Source of the DNA: an archaeon
Lineage (GTDB): Archaea; Nanobdellota; Nanobdellia; Pacearchaeales; GW2011-AR1
Reading direction: 5' to 3'
Assembly (NCBI GenBank): GCA_018651925.1
Contig: JABIDC010000009.1
Span: 80,403 to 144,402 of the forward strand
Length of the DNA: 64,000 nucleotides
Positions 16,994-27,238 of this stretch are shown piece after piece; position 1 is the stretch's first letter, and each line of letters begins with the position of its first letter. The translations under genes and the position numbers were made by a program. Under the pieces are notes generated by a model that had not been told where the DNA came from, did no database searches, and was given only the letters and a program-made list of their open reading frames with translations.

Positions 16994-19669
16994 TTATTTA
17001 GTAAATTTCAAATTATCTAATCCAGCATATTCTCCAGATAAATCTAGGAATTCTTCTCTGGCAACAATCTCTTCTGGAACATTTACCTTCCAAATTTTTA
17101 TTGGTCCTTGAATTCCATTGAAGTAAAAGAATTCTCCAATGTTTGCCCCATTTAGGTAAGGAGAGACTTCCGAATGAACCAGTTCAAGCCCGTCATATTG
17201 ATTAAAAGAATTATTCAATAGATAAGCTTGGGCAACCAAACTATTCATTGTTTTAGGAGAAAGGTAAATTAGTGTTCCAAAATTATCTGCCTGGTATCCT
17301 TGATTTCCAGAGATAATTCTTGGGATTATCGAAATAGTAGATTCAAGTCCTTCTTCAAATTCGATAATTTCTCCGCCGAGATAAACATATTTAAGAGGGA
17401 TTTGTATTTGTGCCCCATTATAGCTGAAAACTCCTTGGGGTTGAATCAAATTTCCTTCGGTGGTTGTTTCAAAAAGAACTCCTATTATTGCAGACTTATA
17501 TGCTGGAAGAAAAATTTCTTTTCCCTCCAGAGTATAAATAATATCTTGATCAACAATTGTTGCACCTTGGAAAATCCTAACCAGACTATTAGATTTTTCT
17601 TGAATTTGAGAAGGATCAGAAAACATTACTGGCAATGTAGAATATCTATCTTCTCCTTCTGGTCCGCTTCCGATTTTACTGTATGCCCCGTATTTTCCAA
17701 TGTCTGAAGGATCAATTAAAAGATATGAAACATTTTGAGCTTTCATAAAACTATATGCTGTTTCCGGATTTGGAGTAGTTAAAACATATCTTCCAATAAG
17801 GTGGTCCCAATAAGAATTTGCATGGCCTCCATCTGTTACGCTTGGCCTTTCTCCAAGATATTCTACCCAATAGCCATAATCCCACCAATGAACAAAAATT
17901 TCTCCTTCTTGAGTGTTGTTTCTAACCCAAGACATTGCTTGTTGCCACTGTTCATTTGCAGAAGGGCCAGTATATTTGGCCTGGACCGAAATTGTTTCAG
18001 AAAACCCTACAAAGTTAATTATTAATCCGATTGAAGCAAGTACTAATAAAATTCCAACTAATGTTTTTGTTGCGCTTTCTTTATTTTTCTTAAATAGATT
18101 TACTAATGAAAATATGAAATATGCAATCATAAAACAAATAAAGGGAACGATTGCAAAGAAAAGTCTTATCGCTCCTCTTGTGGCAATCAACATTGGAACC
18201 AACCAAGCGAAAATAAGAATCAAATTTGAATTAATTTTGATCTCTGATTTGAGATATGCTCTAACAGAGTAAATAATAAAAATTATTGCCCCTATGAAAT
18301 AAAGTAGCTGACTAATGAAATTTTCCCCATTCAAAAACGAATCTCCTGAAATACGGCTAAAAAGGATAGAGGAAATAAGAATTATCCAAGAGGCAAAAAA
18401 GAATCTCTTCTCTTTTCTCTTTTTTATTCCTTTTGAAATATCAAATCCTAAAAAAAGCATTCCAAAATAAAATATCCAAAATACAGTCTTTCCAATTTGA
18501 GAGAACCAATCAACAAGGTAAGGTTGAGCATTTTCTGCGACAGTTAATCCAACTCTTCCTGCCCCAAATGGTTGTAATAATCTTCCTCCAATCTGAGATA
18601 AAAGTTCTCCAAGATTTCCTACAAAGATTGAAAAGAAAATTGCTCCCAAAAAGAAAGTAAGAACCCCGCTAGTTAGGAGAGGATATTTCTGAGGTGTTTT
18701 ATTAACCTTTTTTAGAAAATATTTCTCAAAGAAATAATTTATTGGAAAAAAAATCGCTAAAAATAATGTAAGAATTCCACTGGTGCTAAGTAAATATCCT
18801 TTAATGAGGGTTATTGAGGAATACCCAAAAAATTCTCCAAAGATTAAAGTGAAAATAACCCAAATTAGATAAAATATCAAATAAGATAGAAGAGATTTAG
18901 AACCTTTATTTTTTGATTCAATAAGCCAGATTAATAAAAATGAAAGGGGGATGATCATAAATAAGAATTTAGCAATTCCTCCCCAGGATAGAAGAGAGAA
19001 AATTGTTGAAAATGCAAGAAGTAATGATAAAAGAATTAATTTCCAATTAATTTTTCTTAATTTTTCTAAATACTTTAATGAAAGGGAAAGGATGAGAAGG
19101 GCAAGGAAGAAAGACATCATTCCAATTGCTTCGTGATCTGAGAATCCCGCCATTGTCCTATGAAGATAAGGAGGAATTACTGCCAAAAACCCGCTAGAAA
19201 GAAATGCCACCCATTTATTTGAGGTTAAACTCCAGATTAAAAGAAAAAATAAAATCATTCCTAAAACATAAAAAACAACAGGAGATAAAACATCAATTTG
19301 TTGTAACGAATATTCTCCAAATGTGTTCGCTAATTTGTACAAAAAGACTATTGCTTGAGGCAAAATTTCTTGGCTAAATCCAACTTTCAATGAAGGATAT
19401 CTCATAAGATCAGATTCCGGTAAGTGCCCCTCTAAATTTATTGTTTCCGCTAATCTTAAAAAATAAAAAGGATCCAAAGCAAGAGGAATATATTCTCCAG
19501 TAGTAGAATCTTTTAACAAAGGAACATTTGAAAGTCTAATTGAAGAGGTCCAAATAATAAGGGATAAAAATAAGATAATCAAAATTATATTTTGGACTTT
19601 TTGTTGAGAAAAAAAATTAATTACTGGCTTGCTTTTTTCTTTCAACAATTGAATTTTCTTCTGAACCAT
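16994..19669 (-). CDS. aglB: Dolichyl-(mono/di)phosphooligosaccharide-protein glycosyltransferase AglB (STT3 family)
   Basis: 891 aa. The N-terminal half has about 13 TM helices and the C-terminal domain is soluble. The diagnostic WWDYG motif is present ([15 protein letters not shown]). Confidence 0.9.
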   Translation of the reverse strand: MVQKKIQLLKEKSKPVINFFSQQKVQNIILIILFLSLIIWTSSIRLSNVPLLKDSTTGEYIPLALDPFYFLRLAETINLEGHLPESDLMRYPSLKVGFSQEILPQAIVFLYKLANTFGEYSLQQIDVLSPVVFYVLGMILFFLLIWSLTSNKWVAFLSSGFLAVIPPYLHRTMAGFSDHEAIGMMSFFLALLILSLSLKYLEKLRKINWKLILLSLLLAFSTIFSLLSWGGIAKFLFMIIPLSFLLIWLIESKNKGSKSLLSYLIFYLIWVIFTLIFGEFFGYSSITLIKGYLLSTSGILTLFLAIFFPINYFFEKYFLKKVNKTPQKYPLLTSGVLTFFLGAIFFSIFVGNLGELLSQIGGRLLQPFGAGRVGLTVAENAQPYLVDWFSQIGKTVFWIFYFGMLFLGFDISKGIKKRKEKRFFFASWIILISSILFSRISGDSFLNGENFISQLLYFIGAIIFIIYSVRAYLKSEIKINSNLILIFAWLVPMLIATRGAIRLFFAIVPFICFMIAYFIFSLVNLFKKNKESATKTLVGILLVLASIGLIINFVGFSETISVQAKYTGPSANEQWQQAMSWVRNNTQEGEIFVHWWDYGYWVEYLGERPSVTDGGHANSYWDHLIGRYVLTTPNPETAYSFMKAQNVSYLLIDPSDIGKYGAYSKIGSGPEGEDRYSTLPVMFSDPSQIQEKSNSLVRIFQGATIVDQDIIYTLEGKEIFLPAYKSAIIGVLFETTTEGNLIQPQGVFSYNGAQIQIPLKYVYLGGEIIEFEEGLESTISIIPRIISGNQGYQADNFGTLIYLSPKTMNSLVAQAYLLNNSFNQYDGLELVHSEVSPYLNGANIGEFFYFNGIQGPIKIWKVNVPEEIVAREEFLDLSGEYAGLDNLKFTK

Positions 19670-19711
19670 GATATAATTTTAAACTAAAATCTCTTTTTAA
19701 ATCTTCTTTTA

Positions 19712-20710
19712 TTATAACAAAGTTAAAAGTCCAAGGACAATAAAGATTATCTGGAAAAGATTTATGGCATAAACCACTTCTTTCTCATAAACTTTTTTGC
19801 CTGGTTTTATTTTCTTTAAAACTGCAATTGCAATGTGTTCAATTCCATAAAATTTCTCATAAGGAACCTCGAGTGAGCCATCTTCATTCAATTTAGCAAA
19901 ACTTTCTTTTACCAACTTTCCTCTGGCTTTAAGAAAGACTTCTAAAATGTAGGGAATAAAAAATATTATTGCAGCTTTTTCAATATTCCCCATAATTGCA
20001 ATTGTTCCAATTAATGCTCCCACTGAATATGTCAAAGTGTCTCCAGGAAAAACTTTTGCAGGATGTTTATTAAAAATATAAAATGCAATTAATGAAGCAA
20101 CAGCAAAAGCACAAATTACACTCAACCAAGCATTTCCAGTAAAATAAGTTGCGAGTCCAAGTCCAGATAAAATTAAAATTCCTTGGCTTGTTTCAAGCCC
20201 ATTGTATCCCGCAATGATATTAAATGCAGTTGTAGTGGCAACAATACCTAAAGGAATAAGCAACAAAGGATAAAATATCCCAAAATTAATTGTTCCAAGA
20301 AGAGGAAGAGACATTACCGATTCTCCTGCATTTATTACCATTAAAGGAATTGCAGCAAAAATCATTAAAATCAATCTTATTTTTTTATTAAGTCCCTTTT
20401 TCCAACCCAACAAATCATCTGTTAATCCAATCATAGATGAAATAAATAAAACACTCAAAAGTGCAAAAATTTCAATGAGATTTGAAGTATTCCCAATGTA
20501 AAAGGTTTGAATTCCAACATAAATTAAAATTCCAATTGAAAGCCCAATTAAAACACTAATTCCCCCAACTTCCGCAACTCTTTCTTCATTAATTTTATGC
20601 ATATCTTTTGCAGTCATTTTATTTTCTTTAGCTTTCCTTATCCAGGTTGGCAAAACAAGATATGTGCAAAAAAAACTAATGAGAATTGCAATTAAAATTA
20701 TTGGGTCCAT
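19712..20710 (-). CDS. UDP-GlcNAc:dolichyl-phosphate GlcNAc-1-phosphate transferase (AglH/Alg7/WecA-MraY superfamily)
   Basis: Polytopic membrane protein with the GLTDDLLG and NIIAGYNGLETSQG motifs typical of archaeal AglH-type phosphoglycosyltransferases. It lies next to aglB. Confidence 0.8.
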   Translation of the reverse strand: MDPIILIAILISFFCTYLVLPTWIRKAKENKMTAKDMHKINEERVAEVGGISVLIGLSIGILIYVGIQTFYIGNTSNLIEIFALLSVLFISSMIGLTDDLLGWKKGLNKKIRLILMIFAAIPLMVINAGESVMSLPLLGTINFGIFYPLLLIPLGIVATTTAFNIIAGYNGLETSQGILILSGLGLATYFTGNAWLSVICAFAVASLIAFYIFNKHPAKVFPGDTLTYSVGALIGTIAIMGNIEKAAIIFFIPYILEVFLKARGKLVKESFAKLNEDGSLEVPYEKFYGIEHIAIAVLKKIKPGKKVYEKEVVYAINLFQIIFIVLGLLTLL

Positions 20711-20740
20711 ATTTTTTTAAGAAGAAGATAATTTTTAAAG

Positions 20741-21601
20741 TTATTTGAATAGGAGAGGGGTAAGATAAACTTCTATTAATGCAGCAATAATTAAGATTAA
20801 AATTGAGACAAAAAGCAAAATAATTGTATTTTCAATAACTCTTAGGAATTTTCTACTTTTGATTTTATTTTTGAAGAAACCAATCCCAAAGATTCCTCCG
20901 GCAAGGGCAGTGATAAAATAGGCTGCAATTTCTGGGACCCCATGTATCATATATCTTAAAAGACCAAGGGGGATTTCCGTTATTTGATATTTGGTAAAAA
21001 TTCCAATTGCGGCAGCTATTACACTCGCATTCCAAGCTAAAATAAAAATTGCTCCTGCACCAAAGATCAGGGAAAATAAGAGGGTAAAAATCATTACATA
21101 GACATTGTTTTCAATAATCGAAAATAGCCTATCTTCTTTTGTCGCGGAACCAGTTGAAAGAGATTTGTGATCAAAAGAATGTTGCGCCACACAATCTTCA
21201 ACATTTCCCTGACTATTTATTGAACAATAAGTTTCAACTTGAAAATTAAATAAGTTTGGATCTTGAAGAATTGCATTCCAAAATGCAAAAGCAATCAGAA
21301 ATCCCACAAATAACCACATGAATGCCCAAATTGCATCTCCATGTGCTTTCCAGACCCCCATGAAACCCTCAACCTCTTCATCCTCGGATTCTTCTTGTCT
21401 AAACATAAAATAAAGAAAAGGCAAAGAGAACATAACACAAAAAGTAATCACAATCATTCCTGAGGCTTTGGATAAAACTGGATCAGATTGGAAAAACCAC
21501 TTTACTAAAAGAAGAGATAAGGAAGCATAAAGCATACCAATAAATAACATTTTAATTGGCCCTCTTTCAATTTTTTTTGGATTAATTAGTGATTCTAACA
21601 T
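20741..21601 (-). CDS. SpoIIM-like (DUF95) integral membrane protein
   Basis: Multi-TM protein with a YMIHGVPEIAAYFITALAGG motif resembling DUF95/SpoIIM. It carries an inserted Cys-containing extracytoplasmic loop. Confidence 0.55.
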   Translation of the reverse strand: MLESLINPKKIERGPIKMLFIGMLYASLSLLLVKWFFQSDPVLSKASGMIVITFCVMFSLPFLYFMFRQEESEDEEVEGFMGVWKAHGDAIWAFMWLFVGFLIAFAFWNAILQDPNLFNFQVETYCSINSQGNVEDCVAQHSFDHKSLSTGSATKEDRLFSIIENNVYVMIFTLLFSLIFGAGAIFILAWNASVIAAAIGIFTKYQITEIPLGLLRYMIHGVPEIAAYFITALAGGIFGIGFFKNKIKSRKFLRVIENTIILLFVSILILIIAALIEVYLTPLLFK

Positions 21602-21651
21602 ACCCTCCTAAAAAAAAGAGATTTTTTAAATGTTCTCGAATTAATATATTT

Positions 21652-22485
21652 ATGAGGGCGATAAAATATTTTGAAAAGAAAAAAAAATTTAATAAGATTG
21701 CCAAGGATATACAAACAATAAAAATCCAAGGAGCAAAAAATGTTGCAAAAAAAGCTTTAGAGGCCTACCTTCTTTTTCCTTCCAAGAAATCTAAAAAAAA
21801 GTTAATTTCTCTTCGTCCAACAGAACCAATGTTGGTTAAAGTGTTAAATGAAGTAGAAAAAACTTCTAAAAAAGAAGTATTAGAGCATTTCAGTTTTTCT
21901 CAGGAAAAAATAAATAAAGAAGTTTTCAAATTAATAAAAGACAAAGATATAATCTTTACCCACTGCCATTCTTCTTCTGTAACCGCTTCTTTGATTTATT
22001 CCAAGAATAAAAAAAAGAAATTTGAAGTTTATAATACTGAAACTCGTCCGCTTTTTCAGGGAAGAAAAACTTCTAGAGAATTAAGTAAAGCAAAAATAAA
22101 AGTAACTCAATTTGTAGATTCTGCAATGAAAATTGCTTTAACCAAAACCCAGGGAACAAAAAAAGTAAAGAAGATTTTTCTTGGAGCAGATGCCATATTG
22201 GAAAAAGGAGTAATTAATAAAGTTGGAAGTGGAATGTTATCTGAAATCGCAGAAGAAAATAAAATTCCATTATATATTATAACTGATTCTTGGAAATATT
22301 CAAAAAAATCTATTGAAATGGAAGAAAGAAATTTCAAGGAAATTTGGGAAAAATTATCAAAGAATTATAAAATAAAAATTAGAAATCCCGCATTTGAGTT
22401 TGTTCCAAAAGAAAACATAAAAGGAATTATCTCGGAATTTGGAACTTTAAGCTATGATAAATTTTTAGAAAAAATGAAAAAGTAA
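21652..22485 (+). CDS. eIF-2B alpha/beta/delta family protein (aIF-2B subunit or ribose-1,5-bisphosphate isomerase)
   Basis: IFTHCHSSSV...VYNTETRPLFQGRKTSREL...FLGADAILEKGVINKVGSG...IPLYI pattern. The track start at 21589 is GTG. I use ATG 21652, which has a TTTTTTAAA element about 26 nt upstream. Confidence 0.75.
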   Translation: MRAIKYFEKKKKFNKIAKDIQTIKIQGAKNVAKKALEAYLLFPSKKSKKKLISLRPTEPMLVKVLNEVEKTSKKEVLEHFSFSQEKINKEVFKLIKDKDIIFTHCHSSSVTASLIYSKNKKKKFEVYNTETRPLFQGRKTSRELSKAKIKVTQFVDSAMKIALTKTQGTKKVKKIFLGADAILEKGVINKVGSGMLSEIAEENKIPLYIITDSWKYSKKSIEMEERNFKEIWEKLSKNYKIKIRNPAFEFVPKENIKGIISEFGTLSYDKFLEKMKK

Positions 22486-22941
22486 TTATTTTTGAGAACA
22501 ACTTCCTTCTTCGCATTCGCAATTTTCATGTTCTCCACAGCATTCTTCTTTTTTCATTTTGCTTTGGGCTTCCATCATAGTTCTTGTAAGCTCAGAATTA
22601 ATTTCTTTTAATGTATCTTCAAGTTGTCCTTTAACTTCTTCTAATTTTGCTGTTTGTTCTTTAATCATTTCTTGTGTTTCTTCAATAGATTTTGGAACAA
22701 AAGTCTTATCTCCAACATCAACAATTAATTCTTCTGAGGAAAGAGTTGCTTTAGCAAAAATCCCCTTTCCAATTGGGGCCATAATTTCTTTTCCTTTTGA
22801 TCCTTTTAATTCATTCAGTCCGAGGTGAATTGATCCAAGATCTGAAAACGCTTGCTCAACTGCCTGTAACTGTTGTTGGGTTTGTTGAATCTGCTGATCA
22901 AACATTTGAAATTTCATCATAAGTTCTTGTTGATTTTCCAT
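22486..22941 (-). CDS. pfdA: Prefoldin alpha subunit with a Cys-rich C-terminal tail
   Basis: Coiled-coil, double beta-hairpin, coiled-coil layout (EIMAPIGKGIFAKATL..LIVDVGDKTFVPKSIEE). It has an extra tail, KKEECCGEHENCECEEGSCSQK. Confidence 0.7.
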   Translation of the reverse strand: MENQQELMMKFQMFDQQIQQTQQQLQAVEQAFSDLGSIHLGLNELKGSKGKEIMAPIGKGIFAKATLSSEELIVDVGDKTFVPKSIEETQEMIKEQTAKLEEVKGQLEDTLKEINSELTRTMMEAQSKMKKEECCGEHENCECEEGSCSQK

Positions 22942-22954
22942 AAGAATAATACCT

Positions 22955-23494
22955 TTAGGCTATTTTTAAAAGTTTCCTAAGCCCAGTGCTGATAATCATC
23001 GTTAAAATAAAATAAAACCAAAACCAGCTTAACCCGAATAAGATTGAGGGGTTTCCAATTGAGACAAAGAAATCATTAAACCATCTAAAAAAGAGGATAA
23101 ATGGGATATAAGTATAAATCATCCCCCCCATACTAACTTTCATCATTTTTCCAGTTAAAGGCAAAAGTTCTTTTTGCAATTCAGCCAATTTTTCTGGGTG
23201 TTCTTTGAATTCCTTCATTTTCTTTTGAAGATCTTTTTGTTCTTTTTTCAATCTTCTTAATTCTTTTTGATCTGTTGCATATTTCTGAACAAGAGTGGAA
23301 AATAAAGTCAAAATAGCTACCAAGATGAACATTCCAATTGCTAGATTCCAAGTAAGTAATGCTCCTGCAGTTGGGTTAAAAAGAAAATTCACAAAGGATT
23401 TAACAATTGTAAGTTGACCCCAAAATAGAGCAATAACCATTGATAAAGCCATTACCCATCCAAGTGTTTTGAAACTCCCCTTTTTATTATTCAT
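22955..23494 (-). CDS. DUF106 membrane protein (archaeal YidC/Oxa1/EMC3-like insertase)
   Basis: Three TM segments plus a central charged coiled coil (DQKELRRLKKEQKDLQKKMKEFKE). It sits in the conserved position just downstream of secY. Confidence 0.7.
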   Translation of the reverse strand: MNNKKGSFKTLGWVMALSMVIALFWGQLTIVKSFVNFLFNPTAGALLTWNLAIGMFILVAILTLFSTLVQKYATDQKELRRLKKEQKDLQKKMKEFKEHPEKLAELQKELLPLTGKMMKVSMGGMIYTYIPFILFFRWFNDFFVSIGNPSILFGLSWFWFYFILTMIISTGLRKLLKIA

Positions 23495-23498
23495 TTTT

Positions 23499-24932
23499 TT
23501 AATTTCCCATAAATTTCTTCATTGCCGGATTCATGTCCATTGAATGTTGTTGAGCGATATTTTGGTAAAATTGGTACATAATCATTATTACTAATAGCAT
23601 TGCTGTTCCTGCAACAAGGGCTCCAAGCAAGTTTGCAATAGAGGCCAAAAGACCAATTGCTAAACCACCCATTACTGTCAAAGGCATGATGTATCTGTCT
23701 AAAATACTTTCTAAGATTCTTATGTCTTGTCTAAATCCTGCAACTTGCAATCCAGAAGAAGCAATTTTTTTGGCTTGAGCTTTAGAGTCCATTCCAGAAG
23801 TTTTAACCCAGAAAATAGCGAACATAGTTGAAAGCAACATAAAGACCAATGTGTGGGTTATTGCTTGTCCAAGGTAAATTAAAGAGAATCCCCCTCGAAT
23901 AATAAGTTCTAAAATGTTTGTTGAACCTAGCCAGAACGAAAATCCTGAAACTGCCTGTCCATTAACAAAATGTCCTAAGAAGGTGAAGTATGAAGCAAAT
24001 TGGGCCATTCCAGAACAAGCTCCTTCAAGGCAAGGTGCAGCTGCATTTTCAACTAGCCCTCCCAGTAATTGGAAATTTGCAATTAACGCTGCAGTTAAAA
24101 TAACTGGAATAACTGAAGCATAAAAAAATGATAATGGCCATTTAATTCCATATCCTCGAACTCTACCAAAGGACAAAGGAATTTCTACTTTCAACGATTG
24201 TGCCCAAACAACTGCTAAAAAGATTACAACTGTTGTGATTATTGCAGCAATGGCAGAGATAAATTCAGTTGATTGTTGAGTCATCAAAGATTGAATAACA
24301 ACAAATACTTTTCCTGAACAAGCAGTATTTCTGAAGTCCATCAAACAATTTTGTCCTTGTGGTCCCAAGAATTGGAATGCAGAGGTAAATAATCTCCATG
24401 AAACTCCGGCTGCAATAAACATACTAACTCCTGAACCTAATCCCCATTTTTGCATTAAATCATCCATGTAAAAGATGGCAAGTCCCCCTAAGATTAATTG
24501 AGTAATAACAATTCCTGCAAATCCTGGTTCGGGTTGTAAACCATTCATCACTACATAAATTATTGCTTCAAAAATGATAAAGAAGAAAACTAATAATTTT
24601 TGAACTCCTTGAAAGAATTTTTTCCCTTCTACAGTTGAAGTATCAATATTTACAATTTGTGCCCCAGTTAATAATTGCAAAATAATAGATGCCATTACTA
24701 TTGGACCAATTCCCAATGAAATAATGCTTCCAAAATCAGTTCCCATTAAAATAGCCAAATATTCAAATCGAGATAAAGCATTTACTGATAACCCAAAAAG
24801 AGGAATATTTGCTAAAACAAAAAATAAACCTAAAACTATCAAAGTCCATTTTAATTTAACATTAAATCCTAGTTTTTTATCTTCGGGTTTAATCACCTCG
24901 GGGATAAAGTTGAATATTTTTCTGAAATCCAT
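23499..24932 (-). CDS. secY: Preprotein translocase subunit SecY
   Basis: 477 aa and 10-TM, with N-terminus FIPEVIKPEDKKLGFNVKLKWT. It follows uL15 at the end of the ribosomal operon. Confidence 0.95.
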   Translation of the reverse strand: MDFRKIFNFIPEVIKPEDKKLGFNVKLKWTLIVLGLFFVLANIPLFGLSVNALSRFEYLAILMGTDFGSIISLGIGPIVMASIILQLLTGAQIVNIDTSTVEGKKFFQGVQKLLVFFFIIFEAIIYVVMNGLQPEPGFAGIVITQLILGGLAIFYMDDLMQKWGLGSGVSMFIAAGVSWRLFTSAFQFLGPQGQNCLMDFRNTACSGKVFVVIQSLMTQQSTEFISAIAAIITTVVIFLAVVWAQSLKVEIPLSFGRVRGYGIKWPLSFFYASVIPVILTAALIANFQLLGGLVENAAAPCLEGACSGMAQFASYFTFLGHFVNGQAVSGFSFWLGSTNILELIIRGGFSLIYLGQAITHTLVFMLLSTMFAIFWVKTSGMDSKAQAKKIASSGLQVAGFRQDIRILESILDRYIMPLTVMGGLAIGLLASIANLLGALVAGTAMLLVIMIMYQFYQNIAQQHSMDMNPAMKKFMGN

Positions 24933-24964
24933 ATTAATTATTGAGAAAGAATATTTTTAAAGGT

Positions 24965-25498
24965 TTACTCTTTAATCTTCTTCGAAGATTTTATTTTTGA
25001 TTCCTTGTTGGAAGATTCTTTTTTCCCTTCAACCTTTTTTTCTTCTTTAACTACTTCTTTTTTTATTGGTAAAATTATTTCTCCACCCATTTTCCTAACC
25101 TTTTCGATTGCAGTTTTAGAAGCTTCAAGGGCAGTAATAATTAATTTATTCTTTACTTCTCCAGTTCCAAGAATTTTGAAGTTTGGTAGACTTATTTCAA
25201 ACCCTTTTGCGGTTTTCTTGGCATAAGTTTGAAGATTGGATTCAATTTGTTCAAGATTAATTCTTTTTCGGATATCTCTTTCTGTTCCTCTGCTAGTAAC
25301 TCCTTGTTTTCCAAAATAATCATTTCCATATAATTTTGTAATTAAAGTTTTTTTATGGTCTGCTCTTTTACCACTTCCAGCCATTCCAATTCCCCCTTTA
25401 TGTCCAGACTTTTTAGCTTTTTTTCTAGCTCCATGTCCACAATTTCCTTGATTTTTTCCTCTATGTCTTGAGGCTTTTGTTTTTTTATGAGTCTTCAT
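24965..25498 (-). CDS. rpl15: Ribosomal protein uL15
   Basis: SRHRGKNQGNCGHGARKKAKKSGHKGGIGMAGSGKR signature. The track start at 25516 is TTG, so ATG 25498 is used. Lys/Glu-rich C-terminal extension. Confidence 0.9.
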   Translation of the reverse strand: MKTHKKTKASRHRGKNQGNCGHGARKKAKKSGHKGGIGMAGSGKRADHKKTLITKLYGNDYFGKQGVTSRGTERDIRKRINLEQIESNLQTYAKKTAKGFEISLPNFKILGTGEVKNKLIITALEASKTAIEKVRKMGGEIILPIKKEVVKEEKKVEGKKESSNKESKIKSSKKIKE

Positions 25499-25499
25499 C

Positions 25500-25922
25500 T
25501 TATAACATCCTTTCAATTAATTTATTTATTGAATCTTTATTGTCTCCTAAAACTCCTTTTTTAACTCCAAAATGTTTCTTACTATCAATTCCTCCTCGAG
25601 GGGGATGTAAACTAAAGAAAGGTTTCAAATTCAATTCATCATATTTTTTGCCTGCTTCAACTTCTGCAAAGATTTTCTTTGCATCAATTTTTTTAGAAGA
25701 ATCAACAAGTTTTCCTCTTGCTTCAATTAATTTTACAAAAGTTTCTTCATTAATTTTTCCATAAGCAACAAAATCTCTAACTTTTTTAACCATTCCTTCT
25801 TGGATAGGATTTTCTTTTAATACAACACAAGAATATTTTTTTCTAAGCCTAAGTCTATCAAGGGTTTCATTGATTTCTCTTTTCAATCCTACTCTTCCGT
25901 GAATTCTTATTGCTACAATCAT
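25500..25922 (-). CDS. rpl30: Ribosomal protein uL30
   Basis: MIVAIRIHGRVGLKREINETLDRLRLRKKY, in the operon position between uS5 and uL15. Confidence 0.9.
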   Translation of the reverse strand: MIVAIRIHGRVGLKREINETLDRLRLRKKYSCVVLKENPIQEGMVKKVRDFVAYGKINEETFVKLIEARGKLVDSSKKIDAKKIFAEVEAGKKYDELNLKPFFSLHPPRGGIDSKKHFGVKKGVLGDNKDSINKLIERML

Positions 25923-26737
25923 TTTTTATTCCTCGCATTTGTTTTTTCTAGCGCTGCAATACAGGCTTTAACTAAATTGAATGTTGTTCTTGATCTACCA
26001 AAAACTTTACTGTGAACATCTTTAATTCCTGCAAGTTTTAAAACTTTTTTTAATTCATTTGCAACTACTAAACCTGTTCCTTGGGCTGCAGGAATAAGAG
26101 TCACTCTAACACTCCCACATTTTCCTGTAACTTCAAAAGGGACAGTGTGAGCATCATCACATGAACAATCAAATCCAGCACAATCTCTGGTAATCTTTTG
26201 AATATTAATTTTTGCTTTTCTAATTGCCTTATCTCTTGCAGGGAGAGTTTCCATTGCTTTTCCTCCTCCAATACCAATATGTCCATTTTCATCTCCAATA
26301 ACTGCCAATGTTGAGAATGTTGGAACATTTCCTTCTCGAGTTTTTCTTTGGGTTTGTCTCCAAGCTCTTCTTTTTCCTCCTCCGAACTTTCCTTTTGCTT
26401 GTCCAATCGAAATTAAATCTGATTTTAAGTTTACTAGGGCATCAACAATTTGACTTTCAAGGATTTTTTGATTATTATCTAAAATTTCATCAATGCTTTT
26501 GATTTTTCCGTCTTTTGTTTGTTGTCCAAGTTTGGTTTTTGGAGTCCATGCTGCAACAATTTCTTCTCTTGTTGGTTCAAAGCTTCTCCTTTTTCTATCT
26601 CGAGGATTTTCTTTTTTGGGTTCTTCTTTTACTTCTTCTTGAGTTTCTTCAACCACTTCTTCAGGAGTCTCTACCTTTTCTTCAACAACTTCCTTTGATT
26701 CTTCAATGGCTTCTTTATTTATTTTTTCTTCTGTCAT
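25919..26737 (-). CDS. rps5: Ribosomal protein uS5 with an acidic N-terminal extension
   Basis: GGGKRRAWRQTQ...FSTLAVIGDENGHIGIGGGKA core and operon position. About 70 extra Glu/Lys-rich N-terminal residues. Confidence 0.9.
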   Translation of the reverse strand: MTEEKINKEAIEESKEVVEEKVETPEEVVEETQEEVKEEPKKENPRDRKRRSFEPTREEIVAAWTPKTKLGQQTKDGKIKSIDEILDNNQKILESQIVDALVNLKSDLISIGQAKGKFGGGKRRAWRQTQRKTREGNVPTFSTLAVIGDENGHIGIGGGKAMETLPARDKAIRKAKINIQKITRDCAGFDCSCDDAHTVPFEVTGKCGSVRVTLIPAAQGTGLVVANELKKVLKLAGIKDVHSKVFGRSRTTFNLVKACIAALEKTNARNKK

Positions 26738-27234
26738 TATTCTTTACTTATTTTTGTTTTAATTACTTCAAATTCTTTTGAAAAATCTTTTTTCAAATTT
26801 TTTCCTTGAATTCTTTCTTCTTCAGGAAAAGCTTCTTTCTTACAGGGGATTGCAACTCCTGAGTCAATCATTCCCTTAAGGAAACCATAAAGTTTTGTTT
26901 TATGATCTACTCTCAACATCCCAAAATCAACAATTGGTTGTTGAAGTTTTTCTTTAAGAATATTTTTTCCCATCAAGTATCCAGTCAAATATGCTGCCGG
27001 AATAGATTTTAGACTACCCTTCATCTCTTCTGGCCAACCATTCATTAGGAGGGCTTTAGAAGAAATTCCAATCTTAATCGAATCTTGTGCTTCTGTACTA
27101 ACTACATATTGTGCAACAACATACTTATTTGTTTTTCTAAAAACTACTCTTGGAGTTTCACTTTTTAAAAGTTTAACTCTATGTAAATAGTTTGTCTTGT
27201 TTTCTCGTCTTCTTCGTTTTGATACTTTTGTCAT
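26737..27234 (-). CDS. rpl18: Ribosomal protein uL18
   Basis: RRRRENKTNYLHRVKLLKSETPRVVFRKTNKYVVAQ, plus synteny. Confidence 0.9.
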   Translation of the reverse strand: MTKVSKRRRRENKTNYLHRVKLLKSETPRVVFRKTNKYVVAQYVVSTEAQDSIKIGISSKALLMNGWPEEMKGSLKSIPAAYLTGYLMGKNILKEKLQQPIVDFGMLRVDHKTKLYGFLKGMIDSGVAIPCKKEAFPEEERIQGKNLKKDFSKEFEVIKTKISKE

Positions 27235-27238
27235 TTTT

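Noticed and set aside
17300-19136. Five + strand ORFs (61-135 aa) inside aglB
   Set aside because: All lie antisense within the 891-aa AglB frame, which carries the diagnostic WWDYG motif. Their translations are Ile/Phe/Asn-rich noise, typical of AT-rich DNA.
26101-26781. Alternative-frame ORFs within and around the uS5 N-terminal extension
   Set aside because: These are artefacts of the GAA/AAG-rich repeat that encodes the Glu/Lys extension. The uS5 frame is fixed by its conserved core and by operon overlaps.
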